DNA from: Dehalococcoidia bacterium
GTDB lineage: Bacteria > Chloroflexota > Dehalococcoidia > SpSt-223
Reading direction: 5' to 3'
Length of the DNA stretch: 64,000 bases
Assembly: GCA_025054935.1 (NCBI GenBank)
Contig: JANWZD010000001.1
Coordinates: forward strand, 201,008 to 265,007
Below, piece after piece: positions 37,735-46,446 of the stretch. Positions within the stretch are counted from its first letter, which is position 1. The number at the start of each line of letters is the position of its first letter. The translations under genes and the position numbers were made by a program. Under the pieces are notes generated by a model. The model had not been told where the DNA came from and made no database searches. It saw only the letters and a list, made by a program, of their open reading frames with translations.

Positions 37735-40700
37735 CTAGTTCTCAATCACGATGCGGACGACTTTTCTGCCTCCTGTATCGACGACATAGAACCTGCCGTC
37801 GTCCGCCGCGACAATCTCAACCGGCAGCGTGAACAGCCCGGGCGCGCCGCCAACCTGCTGGACCCCTTCACGAACGTCGTAGCGCACGAGGCGGCCTCGG
37901 TCCGGGTCGGTGACCACCGGTCGGGAAGCAGCGTCGAGCACGAGGTGAGGTCCGTTCAGCGGGACAGACCAGTTGATCGGCCATTCCGCTTGATAGCGGC
38001 CGCCGGGGTCGAACCATTGGAGACGCTTGTTGCCGGTGTCGAGAACGAGGAGGTCGCCGGTCGGAAGCAGGGCAGCGTCGGTCGGTTCCAGCATCTCGCC
38101 CGGACCGGCGCCCTTTCTCCCGCCGTAGATGGTCAGCAGCTGGCCGTCGGAAGCGAACTTGAGCACGCGGTTTTGCCCCGTGTCGGAGATATAGAGATTG
38201 TCCGCCTCATCGATCGATAACCCGCGCGGCTTGTAGAAGTCGGACCGCGCTAACGGCAGCCGCCCCACAAACCGGCCGTCATCAAGGCGGTATTCGTGGA
38301 TCCCGGCTGTTGTCGCATCAAGGATGAACACTCGCCCCGATCGGGTGATGGCGATCCCGGTCGGCTCTTGGAGGCCGCCTGCTGTCGGCTCTGGACCCGC
38401 ATACGCGCGGATAAACTGCCCCTGGGGATCGAAGACGAGCACTCGCCGCGCTCCTCCATCAAGCACGTGCAGAGCGCCGGTAGGGTCAAGAGCAGCAGCG
38501 CGCGGCTCCTCAAGCCGTCCCTCAGGGGAAAGTCCGTAGGTCATCTCGACTCGAAGCGAGAGCGGCGGGCCGCTTGCGAAGCGCACGACGCCGCTCGGGA
38601 CGCGGACGGCGGCCTCTCGGGGAGCCGCAGGCACGGTCGGGCTCGGGGGAAGATCGCTCCCTTGGGGAGGCAGCAGCACCGCTGACGGGATCAGCTCGCG
38701 TCGTCGCCCTGGCGGCGTCCAGTAGAGGTAGATGCGCGAATAGGGATCGCGGTCGACGAACTTCAGCTGGAGATCGTGCAGCCCTGCCTCGAGCGGCACA
38801 TCTACCTCGTGGAGTTCGCTGCCGCGACGATTGTCGATAATCAGCCGGCCATTGAGAAAGAGTTGGGAAGTGCTGATCTGCTCTGTCCCAAAGCGGTAGA
38901 CACCTGGCTGGTCGATCCGGAGCGTGCCGCGCCACTCCACGCTGTAGGGGCGAGGAAGGGGCAGAATGTGGAAGTACATGCCGATCTGCGGATCGATCCG
39001 GAGAAGGGCGGGCTCTCCTGCCCACTCGGCGTTGGGATAATACGCGCCGAGCAGCCCTGTCGCCGCAACGGGAGGGAGATAGAAGAGGTTGGAGGGGATC
39101 GGGCTGAGCGTGCCGCCCGGCGGCTCCCAGGCCAATCGGACTGGTTGGCCTGGGCGGTCGGCACGAGCTCGGAGCAGGAGAGCGTGGTTGCCGGCTGCGA
39201 GGGTCAGCCGCGCTGCCTGGCCTCCGGTGAGCACGCGCGCGCCGTTGAGGAACAGCTCGGCACTGCTCGGTCCTTCAAGGAGCAGCCGGTAGCTGCCGTG
39301 CCGGGGAACGTGGAGCGTGCTCCGCCACTCCGCAAGCACCGGAACCGCGAGGCCGAGCGTGGCCGGGTCGATGTTGATCTCGGTCTCGCGGCGGCTGAGA
39401 TCGGGCCGCTCGCGTTCAGTTCCGTGCGCGAAGTAGCGCGCCTCAACGCCTTGGATGGCGACGATATCGGCCGGCGCGAGCTGAACAGCGTAGACGAGCG
39501 GAGGTCCGCCGAAGGGCGGACGCAGCTCCTCGACTTGGGCGCTGGGATAATAGAGCCGAAGCTGGCTGAACGCCGCCTGCTCGCTCGGGTCGAGGAAGAA
39601 GAAGGTCCGCGGAGCAACGGCGCGCACCGGTACGTCTGTTGCGGCGTTGAACAGGGCGCCTTCGGGCGCCTTCGGGGCGAGGAACCGGATTGTAGGCGGT
39701 CGGCCGGAGAAGAACTGGCTGAGGTAGACTGCATCGTTCGGAGAGAGCTCGCGAAGCCGCAGGGCAACGAGCGTTTCGGCCGCGGAATGGGCCGCAAAGG
39801 CGGCGAAGTCGTTTGCCCAGGCGACGAAGTAGCGATGATGGTTGACGACGGCGACGAAGAGGAGGGCGCTGCCGAGAGCGATGGTGCCCCCCGCTCGCCA
39901 AGCTCGCGACCATGCCGACGGGCCATGCCACCGCGCGGGGAGACGCGGAAACGTTCCAACCAGCAGCGCTCCGAGCGAGAGCGGGGTGCGGCTGCTGCGC
40001 GCGGCGGCCGCCGGGTTGCCGTACGTCCCCCAGGGGCTGCGCACCCAGCGGTCCCAGAGCGCGCCGAGCGGCAGCGCCGCAAAGATGAGCGTCGGCGGCA
40101 GCGCGGTCGATGCGCGCAGCGACTGCGGAGCTTCAAAGTTGAGGGAGAGGATCCCTCCAAGCAGCATCGTTCCCCACCAGATGATGAGGGTCGGCCCAGT
40201 CGGGCGGCGAAGCAGTCCCAACGTCAGCCCCACGCCGAGAACGAAGAGCGGCGCCAGAAGCGGGTCGAGCATCGGCCGGCCGGGAAGGTTATGGCGGCCA
40301 TTGCGGTCCCCCGCCACGTTAAACATCAGCAGGTGCTTCTCGATGTTGTCGAGCAGCGGGCCCCAGTGACCGGCTCGCTCCACTTCGGGCATCACGCTTG
40401 CGACCCCAAGCCTACGGTTGAACTCCTCGGGGAAGCGGACTGCAAACCATGCCAACGGCCCGGCCGCAATCAGCGCCGCGAGGGCGAGGAGGAGTGCGCC
40501 TTGGCTGATCGATGGCCAGAGCGATCGCCGCCAGAGCGCAGCCGCGAGGAGCAGAACGGCGAGGGTTACCGGGAAGATCCGTGACGGGAAGTAGAACTGG
40601 AGGTCGAACCCGACAAGAAGGCCGGCGATAACGAAGTCGCGCGGCCGGCGGTCTTGCAGTCCCCGCACGAGGAAAAACAGGACGAGCGTCTCGAGGGTAA

Positions 40701-41550
40701 TGCTGAAGATTGCGGTGCTGGTCGGAAAGCGGCTTAGGGTGACGTGCCAGCTGGAAACGGCGAGAAACCACGCCGCAATGAGCGCGATCCGCGGCGAGCC
40801 GAAGAGCCGGCGGGTGAGGAGGTAGATCGCGGGGATCCCCACGGTTCCCGCAATCGCTGTGGTCACCCGCAAGGCAAGAGGAGTCTCTCCGAAGACGAGC
40901 ATCGCGAGGGCGGCAAGGTAGATATTCGCCGCCGGGTTTTGGTTTTCGACGTAAAAAATCGGCCGGTATGTCGGCGAGGCGAGGATCTGCTGGGCGCCAA
41001 GGCCGACGACCGCCTCGTCGTACCACACTCCGAAGGGGAGCGTCGCTAGTTCTGCGGTACGGAACCAGAGCCCGACTGCGGTCGCGAGGGCGAGGATGGC
41101 CAGTTCAGCTCGGCCGATTGGCGGGCTGACCGGTGTCCGCGTGCCGGCCGGCAGCAGGAAGGCTGCGCCGAGTGTCATCGCAACAGCGGCGAGGTAGAGG
41201 AGCCAGGCGAGGTTTGGATTGCGGTCGCTTGAAAACAGCCAGAGGGAGCCTCCAAGGAAGAGGAAGGCAGCCGCGCCGGCAAAAGCTGACGGAAGCGCGG
41301 CCGTCAGCCGCGGCCAACGGCCTGTGCTCTCCCAGCCGTCAGGACCGGTGGCGGGCAGCGCGTACTGCGCCAGCGCGATTGCAATAAGGAACGCCGCCCC
41401 AGCAGCGATGAGGTCCGGCGGCTGGCTCAGGTAGCGAGCATTGGCGGCGACGGCGAGGACAATGGCGACGATCCCAGCGAGGAGGCGGCGCGGCTGCGAC
41501 GGGAAGAGGAGCCGGGTCGCCGAGCGGGAGGAGGGCGCCGCTGGTGCCAT
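37735..41550 (-). CDS. GT-C (GT39/ArnT-like) membrane glycosyltransferase with two PA14 domains and an NHL beta-propeller
   Basis: Polytopic N-half with PFGVWYDEA. Two PA14-like repeats (GL.G.YY, SVEWRG.L, G.YRF, LEAG.H, L.W.PPG). C-terminal P.G.A.D..G..Y..D..N.RV repeats. Confidence 0.85.
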   Translation of the reverse strand: MAPAAPSSRSATRLLFPSQPRRLLAGIVAIVLAVAANARYLSQPPDLIAAGAAFLIAIALAQYALPATGPDGWESTGRWPRLTAALPSAFAGAAAFLFLGGSLWLFSSDRNPNLAWLLYLAAVAMTLGAAFLLPAGTRTPVSPPIGRAELAILALATAVGLWFRTAELATLPFGVWYDEAVVGLGAQQILASPTYRPIFYVENQNPAANIYLAALAMLVFGETPLALRVTTAIAGTVGIPAIYLLTRRLFGSPRIALIAAWFLAVSSWHVTLSRFPTSTAIFSITLETLVLFFLVRGLQDRRPRDFVIAGLLVGFDLQFYFPSRIFPVTLAVLLLAAALWRRSLWPSISQGALLLALAALIAAGPLAWFAVRFPEEFNRRLGVASVMPEVERAGHWGPLLDNIEKHLLMFNVAGDRNGRHNLPGRPMLDPLLAPLFVLGVGLTLGLLRRPTGPTLIIWWGTMLLGGILSLNFEAPQSLRASTALPPTLIFAALPLGALWDRWVRSPWGTYGNPAAAARSSRTPLSLGALLVGTFPRLPARWHGPSAWSRAWRAGGTIALGSALLFVAVVNHHRYFVAWANDFAAFAAHSAAETLVALRLRELSPNDAVYLSQFFSGRPPTIRFLAPKAPEGALFNAATDVPVRAVAPRTFFFLDPSEQAAFSQLRLYYPSAQVEELRPPFGGPPLVYAVQLAPADIVAIQGVEARYFAHGTERERPDLSRRETEINIDPATLGLAVPVLAEWRSTLHVPRHGSYRLLLEGPSSAELFLNGARVLTGGQAARLTLAAGNHALLLRARADRPGQPVRLAWEPPGGTLSPIPSNLFYLPPVAATGLLGAYYPNAEWAGEPALLRIDPQIGMYFHILPLPRPYSVEWRGTLRIDQPGVYRFGTEQISTSQLFLNGRLIIDNRRGSELHEVDVPLEAGLHDLQLKFVDRDPYSRIYLYWTPPGRRRELIPSAVLLPPQGSDLPPSPTVPAAPREAAVRVPSGVVRFASGPPLSLRVEMTYGLSPEGRLEEPRAAALDPTGALHVLDGGARRVLVFDPQGQFIRAYAGPEPTAGGLQEPTGIAITRSGRVFILDATTAGIHEYRLDDGRFVGRLPLARSDFYKPRGLSIDEADNLYISDTGQNRVLKFASDGQLLTIYGGRKGAGPGEMLEPTDAALLPTGDLLVLDTGNKRLQWFDPGGRYQAEWPINWSVPLNGPHLVLDAASRPVVTDPDRGRLVRYDVREGVQQVGGAPGLFTLPVEIVAADDGRFYVVDTGGRKVVRIVIEN

Positions 41551-41555
41551 CGCGG

Positions 41556-44500
41556 TTAGGGAAGCGGGTCAAATCGTTGGACGCGAGCGTTATTGCTGTC
41601 AACGACAAAGAGCGCGCCGTCCGGCCCGACGGCGACGCCAATGGGGAGATTGAAGCTCCCGGGCTCGGCGCCGAAGCGGCCCACGACATTGAGAAGCTGC
41701 CCTTCCGGCGAGAACCGGAGCAGCCGGTGGTTCTCGGGGTCGGAGACGATGACATTGCCGCTCGGGTCGACCGCGAGATACGGCTTGTTCAGAATGCCGG
41801 TGCTCTCCCAGCCGCGGATCGGGGTCGCCCCCAGGGGGCGCAGGCTCGCGTCGAACCGCTGGATCCGTCGGTTCCAAGTGTCGGCGACGAAGATCGTGCC
41901 ATCGGGAGCAACGGCAATCCCGACCGGTTCTTGGAACTGCCCGAGCATGGCGCCGGCGCCGCCGAAGGCGCCGAGAAACTGCCCGTCCGGCCGGAAGCGC
42001 TGTATCCGCTTGTTGCCGGTGTCGGTGACGAGCAGCGACCCGTCATCGAGGAAGGCGATCGCGCGCGGCCCGTAGAACCGGCCGGGATTTCCCGTCACCT
42101 GCCCGACCGACTCGCCGAACTCGCCAAACTTCCGCAGAAAGCGGAGATCGGCGGTGAACTGCTGGAGGCGATGGTTCCAGGTATCAGCGACCCAAACGGT
42201 GCCGTCAGGCGCGATGGCGATCCCCCACGGCTCGGTGAATTCACCATCAAGCGTTCCCCGGCGGCCGACCTGAGCGACCACGCGGCCGGAGGGATCGAAC
42301 TTCTGCACCCGATGGTTACCCGTATCGACGACGTAGATGAAGCCGTCTCCATCGACGGCGATGCCGCGGGGCTCGAGCAGTTGTCCTGCGCCGCTGCCGC
42401 GAGCGCCGAAGGCTGCGCTCGGCTGAAGAGGGGTAAGCGCGAGAGCGTATTCATCCGGTTGCGCCGGCCGCGCCGGGCCGGCGGTCAGCGGCTCGCCGGC
42501 GAGAAGGGAGCTCTTGACGAAGAAATAGCCGTCTTCCGAGCCGAGCGGCTTGCCCAGGTCGCGGTTGAAAAAGTACTGCCACAGCCGTTCTAGCCCGGTG
42601 GGACTGAGCGACGCCGCGACGGCATCGCTGAACCCAAACGCGCTGTTCGGGCGTCCCGGCTGAGCGGCCAAGGGGGAGCCCATCGCGGCCACCCACTCGA
42701 TAGCGCTCTTGTAATCCTCGGGGAACCACCAGCGATGACGGTAGCGCTGCCCGGGGGTGTAGTCGCTCAAATACGGGCGCATCCGCTCCACATTGTTGGC
42801 GTGGATAAGCACCACCTGCCCGGCGGGCGGAGCAGCAGCACCGCTGTAGGAGGGGTAGTCGACGTTCGGGTAGTGGCGGAGATACCACGCCCAGGGCCAA
42901 GTAAAGCCGCTGGTGCTGTCGACGGAAATGCGCAGCTCTTTTCCGCCTGTAGCCCGGAGAGAGAGCCGTTCGATTTCGCGGTACAGCCGAGGGATATCCG
43001 GGGAGGTTTGGGTGTAGATCAGCATCTCGGTGGCGATATCGCCGTGTTTGTAGGTGACAGTCCACGCAGCGCGCATCGTGAGGACGAGCAGGATCAGGAC
43101 GATCGCGCCGCTTGCGGCGCGGACGATCCCCGAGCCCCCGAACGGTGCCCCAACCTGAACAGCGGCCCCGACAAGGAGCAGCGCGATCCCGATCAGGGCG
43201 AGCGCTTGGCCGTTCCATCCCGGTGCGAGGTCGGCGGCGGCTTGAATCAGGCCGGCGGCCCCTGCCGCAAGAACGACCGCTGCCGCGATGAAGAGCGCAA
43301 CCACCGCGGCGGCCCGCCACGCCACGTCCGAGTTCCACCGCACCCCCTCAAGCCACCAGCCTGCTGAGCGACCCGCAAGCACGATCAGCGGCAGCGCGAC
43401 GTGGACAAGCAGCCACGGCATCTTCTCGCCTGCCCAGCTGTACGCAACGAGCGAGCCGACAAACCAGTAGAAGAGAAACGCAACGAATGGTGTCAGCCTC
43501 TCCCGGTGGCGAACGAGGGAGGCAATCCCTGCGCCGGCAAGGGCAAGCGGAAGGAATTCATAGAGCGGCAGCAGCAGGAGGTAGTAGTACCACGGCTGGT
43601 TGCCGCGCTGCACCCCATGCTGGTCGAGCCAGTAGGCGAGACTGCCCCAGACCCCAGACCCGATCCCCGGCAGATTGGTAAAGAAGGTGCTGTACAGGAG
43701 CACGAACACTGTCCAGAAGAGCGCCGCATATCCCGGCCAGACGGTTCGGTTCCACCACAAGCCGACGGCGGTCGAGATGACAAAACAGATGCCAGCGATC
43801 ACGAACTGCGAGAAGATCGCCCGCGTGGTCACCCAGGGCCCAAAAGCGATGACAGTCGGGTCTGTCGAGACGAGGGGTGTCAGCTTCGCAAAAGCGGCGA
43901 GCAGGGGCAGAGTGAGCGTGCCGAGCAGGATCAGGACGCCGAAGATCCTGTTGTCCCGCACCTCCTCCAAGCGAGGAAGGCGCCCTTTCCCAGCGAGATC
44001 CCACAGCCAATAGGCGGTGAAAAAGCTGCCGAACACCGCAACGGTAATGTAGTGGGTCTCCTTTGCCGAAAAGCCGAGCGCCATCATCAGCGTCCCGAGA
44101 TAGAGCCAGCGAACTTCCTTGCGCTCGATGTACCGCCAGGCCGCGAGTGCCAAGAGGAGGGTGAAGACCGCCATCAGGATGTCGTTGCGGGAAAAGCGGC
44201 TGTAGTACAGCATCGTCGGCGAGAAGGCGAGCAGCACCGCCGTGACGAGCGCGCCGCCGCGGCCGAGGAGGTCGCGCATGAAGAAGGGGAGGAGAACGAG
44301 GACGGTCCCAAAGGTCGCGTAGAGGAGGCGAGCCGTGACGTCGTTGTCGCCAAACAGAAAGTAGATCAGGGCGTTTACGTGAAACTGAAAGGGGCCGTGC
44401 ATCATCGGGTCGTGCTGGTAGCCCCGCCCGGCGTAGAGATACCAGCTATAGAGCACGTGCAAGCTCTCATCGTGATGCATCGCGCGCGTTCCGAGATCCC

Positions 44501-44639
44501 AGAACCGCATGATGGCTGCGACAAGGGTCAGCCCAGCGTAGGCCAGCGTCTCCCAAGTGACGCTGACGACGCTGAACACCCGGTCAACAGCGTCGCCGCG
44601 AGCGGAGAGCGAGCGGAGAGGGAGAAGAGCTCGAGTCAT
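41556..44639 (-). CDS. TIGR03663-type GT-C membrane protein fused to an NHL beta-propeller
   Basis: RFWDLGTRAMHHDESLH, HDPMMHGPFQF, YYSRFSRND, KET.YI, GEKMPW, YTQTS, WPWAWY; six NHL-like repeats. Confidence 0.85.
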   Translation of the reverse strand: MTRALLPLRSLSARGDAVDRVFSVVSVTWETLAYAGLTLVAAIMRFWDLGTRAMHHDESLHVLYSWYLYAGRGYQHDPMMHGPFQFHVNALIYFLFGDNDVTARLLYATFGTVLVLLPFFMRDLLGRGGALVTAVLLAFSPTMLYYSRFSRNDILMAVFTLLLALAAWRYIERKEVRWLYLGTLMMALGFSAKETHYITVAVFGSFFTAYWLWDLAGKGRLPRLEEVRDNRIFGVLILLGTLTLPLLAAFAKLTPLVSTDPTVIAFGPWVTTRAIFSQFVIAGICFVISTAVGLWWNRTVWPGYAALFWTVFVLLYSTFFTNLPGIGSGVWGSLAYWLDQHGVQRGNQPWYYYLLLLPLYEFLPLALAGAGIASLVRHRERLTPFVAFLFYWFVGSLVAYSWAGEKMPWLLVHVALPLIVLAGRSAGWWLEGVRWNSDVAWRAAAVVALFIAAAVVLAAGAAGLIQAAADLAPGWNGQALALIGIALLLVGAAVQVGAPFGGSGIVRAASGAIVLILLVLTMRAAWTVTYKHGDIATEMLIYTQTSPDIPRLYREIERLSLRATGGKELRISVDSTSGFTWPWAWYLRHYPNVDYPSYSGAAAPPAGQVVLIHANNVERMRPYLSDYTPGQRYRHRWWFPEDYKSAIEWVAAMGSPLAAQPGRPNSAFGFSDAVAASLSPTGLERLWQYFFNRDLGKPLGSEDGYFFVKSSLLAGEPLTAGPARPAQPDEYALALTPLQPSAAFGARGSGAGQLLEPRGIAVDGDGFIYVVDTGNHRVQKFDPSGRVVAQVGRRGTLDGEFTEPWGIAIAPDGTVWVADTWNHRLQQFTADLRFLRKFGEFGESVGQVTGNPGRFYGPRAIAFLDDGSLLVTDTGNKRIQRFRPDGQFLGAFGGAGAMLGQFQEPVGIAVAPDGTIFVADTWNRRIQRFDASLRPLGATPIRGWESTGILNKPYLAVDPSGNVIVSDPENHRLLRFSPEGQLLNVVGRFGAEPGSFNLPIGVAVGPDGALFVVDSNNARVQRFDPLP

Positions 44640-44696
44640 GCGCCTGCTCCTCGCTGGCACGGGTGCGGCCAGCTCGCAGAAGAAGTCGAAGCGGTG

Positions 44697-46442
44697 TCAT
44701 CTCAGTATGACCAGAAGAGCTTCGCGGCGAAATCCCGTTTCGCCGGCCGTGCGCCAGACATACCAGCGCCAGAAGGAACGCGCCCCTTCTGGCGGACCGT
44801 AACTTCCAAGAGCGTAGACGCTGCGTATCCCGCTTGCTGCCGTCTCCGGGAGAGACGTGCCGACCGGCACAATCGCTGCATCGAGCCCTCCCGCGAGGTC
44901 AGCGCGCATGCGCATGCCCGGCTGATCGCGGAGGAGCCAGGCAAACGGAACCCGCAGCTCCGGGGCGACACCGTAGGCGATGATGCCTCCCCGCGCGGCG
45001 CGCAGTTCCGCAATCTGCTCGGGAAAGATCTGCGCGGCGGGGCCGGGAACGTCTGGCAGCACCCACTCCCCGGCGCTCGGTCGGGCGTTCAGCGCGAACG
45101 AGGCGTGGATCGACCCCATCAGCAGGAGCGCCGCTCCGGCAAGTGCCGTCACCGGCAGGGCGTTCCGGCCGAGGGAAGCAACGACGAGCACGCTGTAGCC
45201 GCCGGCGAGGGCAAGACTGAGAAAAACGGCCAGCCACTGCAGCGGCGTTCCCCCATCGCTGCGTGTCAGCACCGCCGATTGGATATAGGCGTAGACCAAG
45301 AGGGGGATTGCGCCGAGCAGCGCTGCTCCTCGCGCGAGGTCGTCGCGTCGCAGCGCGCAAAGTACATCCGCAAGCGCGGTGGCGGCGAGGAGGGCAAGGG
45401 GGAACGCGATCGCGGCGAGCGGTCCGACGAGGCGCTGTCCGCCGAGCACCGCGACGGCAAGCGCGACACCGCTCCAAAGAGCGAGAAAAGCGAGCGCCTG
45501 CCGGCTCCGCGGCTCGCGCGCTCTCCCGCTCAGCAGCCACAGGATGCCCGCAGTCCCCGCGCCGAGCGTGAGCGGGTCGTAGCTCACCAACGCCAGGGGC
45601 GGCAGGAGCGCGCTGCCGCCGGTCGTAAATTCGCGGACCCAGCCGTTGACCGCGGGCAGCGCGAGCCCGCTCGGGTCGAGGAAGAACCGGGTCGAGACGA
45701 GAAGGAACAACAGGAGCGCCGCAAGCACTGCACCGCCGAGCGAGGGGGTCTGCCCCCTCTCAGTGCGCCACCGCGTCAGGAGCGCCGTGAGCGGCGTCGA
45801 CGTCCCGAGCAGCCGGGCGATGACGAGAGCGACGGCAGCCGCGAGGAGGAGGGTGACCGCGCGAGGACCGCTCGTCAGCAGCATGGCGAAGGCGAGAATG
45901 GCCGTCGCGGCCCAGCCGGCCTGGCCATCCCGCTCGAAGCGCAGGAGACCAAGCAGCGCCACCACCGCCGCCAGAAGAGCGAGCGCGTCCGGTTCCCCGC
46001 GGCGCGAGATGGCGAGCGAGAAGGGACTGACGGCGAGCAAAAACGCGGCCAGAAGGGCGGCAAGCCGCCCGAGGAACGGTCGGAACGCGGGCATCAGGGC
46101 GACTGTCGCCGTTCCAGCGACGACCGACGGAAAGCGGGCAGCGAGATCTGAGGGAGTGGCAAGGAAGAAAACCAGCGCAGTGAGCAGGTCGGCGAGCGGC
46201 GCGCTGCTCCCCGCGGGGCGGCCGAGAGTGAGGTCAAGCGCTGCAAGCGCGGTCGCGCTTTCACCGAGCGAGAGCGGGTCGCTCGCGGCGAGCCCAAGCC
46301 GCAGTCCGGCAGCGACGACAATCGCCACGCCGTAGAGGAGCCATTCGAGCGGGACCGCAACCGCGGGGCGGTTGAGCATCGCCTCGAGAGCGGGAGGCGC
46401 GCTGCCGCTCGCGCTGCGGACGGAGGGCGACAGCTCTGCCAC
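44697..46442 (-). CDS. Divergent GT-C / TIGR03663-like membrane protein (start 46442 or 46379)
   Basis: Polytopic. LRL.L...PLS.GE, SDLAARF, LGR.AALLAA.LLA.SP and AWLLR parallel the neighbouring gene. Confidence 0.7.
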   Translation of the reverse strand: MAELSPSVRSASGSAPPALEAMLNRPAVAVPLEWLLYGVAIVVAAGLRLGLAASDPLSLGESATALAALDLTLGRPAGSSAPLADLLTALVFFLATPSDLAARFPSVVAGTATVALMPAFRPFLGRLAALLAAFLLAVSPFSLAISRRGEPDALALLAAVVALLGLLRFERDGQAGWAATAILAFAMLLTSGPRAVTLLLAAAVALVIARLLGTSTPLTALLTRWRTERGQTPSLGGAVLAALLLFLLVSTRFFLDPSGLALPAVNGWVREFTTGGSALLPPLALVSYDPLTLGAGTAGILWLLSGRAREPRSRQALAFLALWSGVALAVAVLGGQRLVGPLAAIAFPLALLAATALADVLCALRRDDLARGAALLGAIPLLVYAYIQSAVLTRSDGGTPLQWLAVFLSLALAGGYSVLVVASLGRNALPVTALAGAALLLMGSIHASFALNARPSAGEWVLPDVPGPAAQIFPEQIAELRAARGGIIAYGVAPELRVPFAWLLRDQPGMRMRADLAGGLDAAIVPVGTSLPETAASGIRSVYALGSYGPPEGARSFWRWYVWRTAGETGFRREALLVILR

Positions 46443-46446
46443 CGCG

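Noticed and set aside
41544..46151. Long plus-strand ORFs (349 aa, 916 aa)
   Set aside because: Antisense shadows of the GT-C genes in GC-rich DNA.
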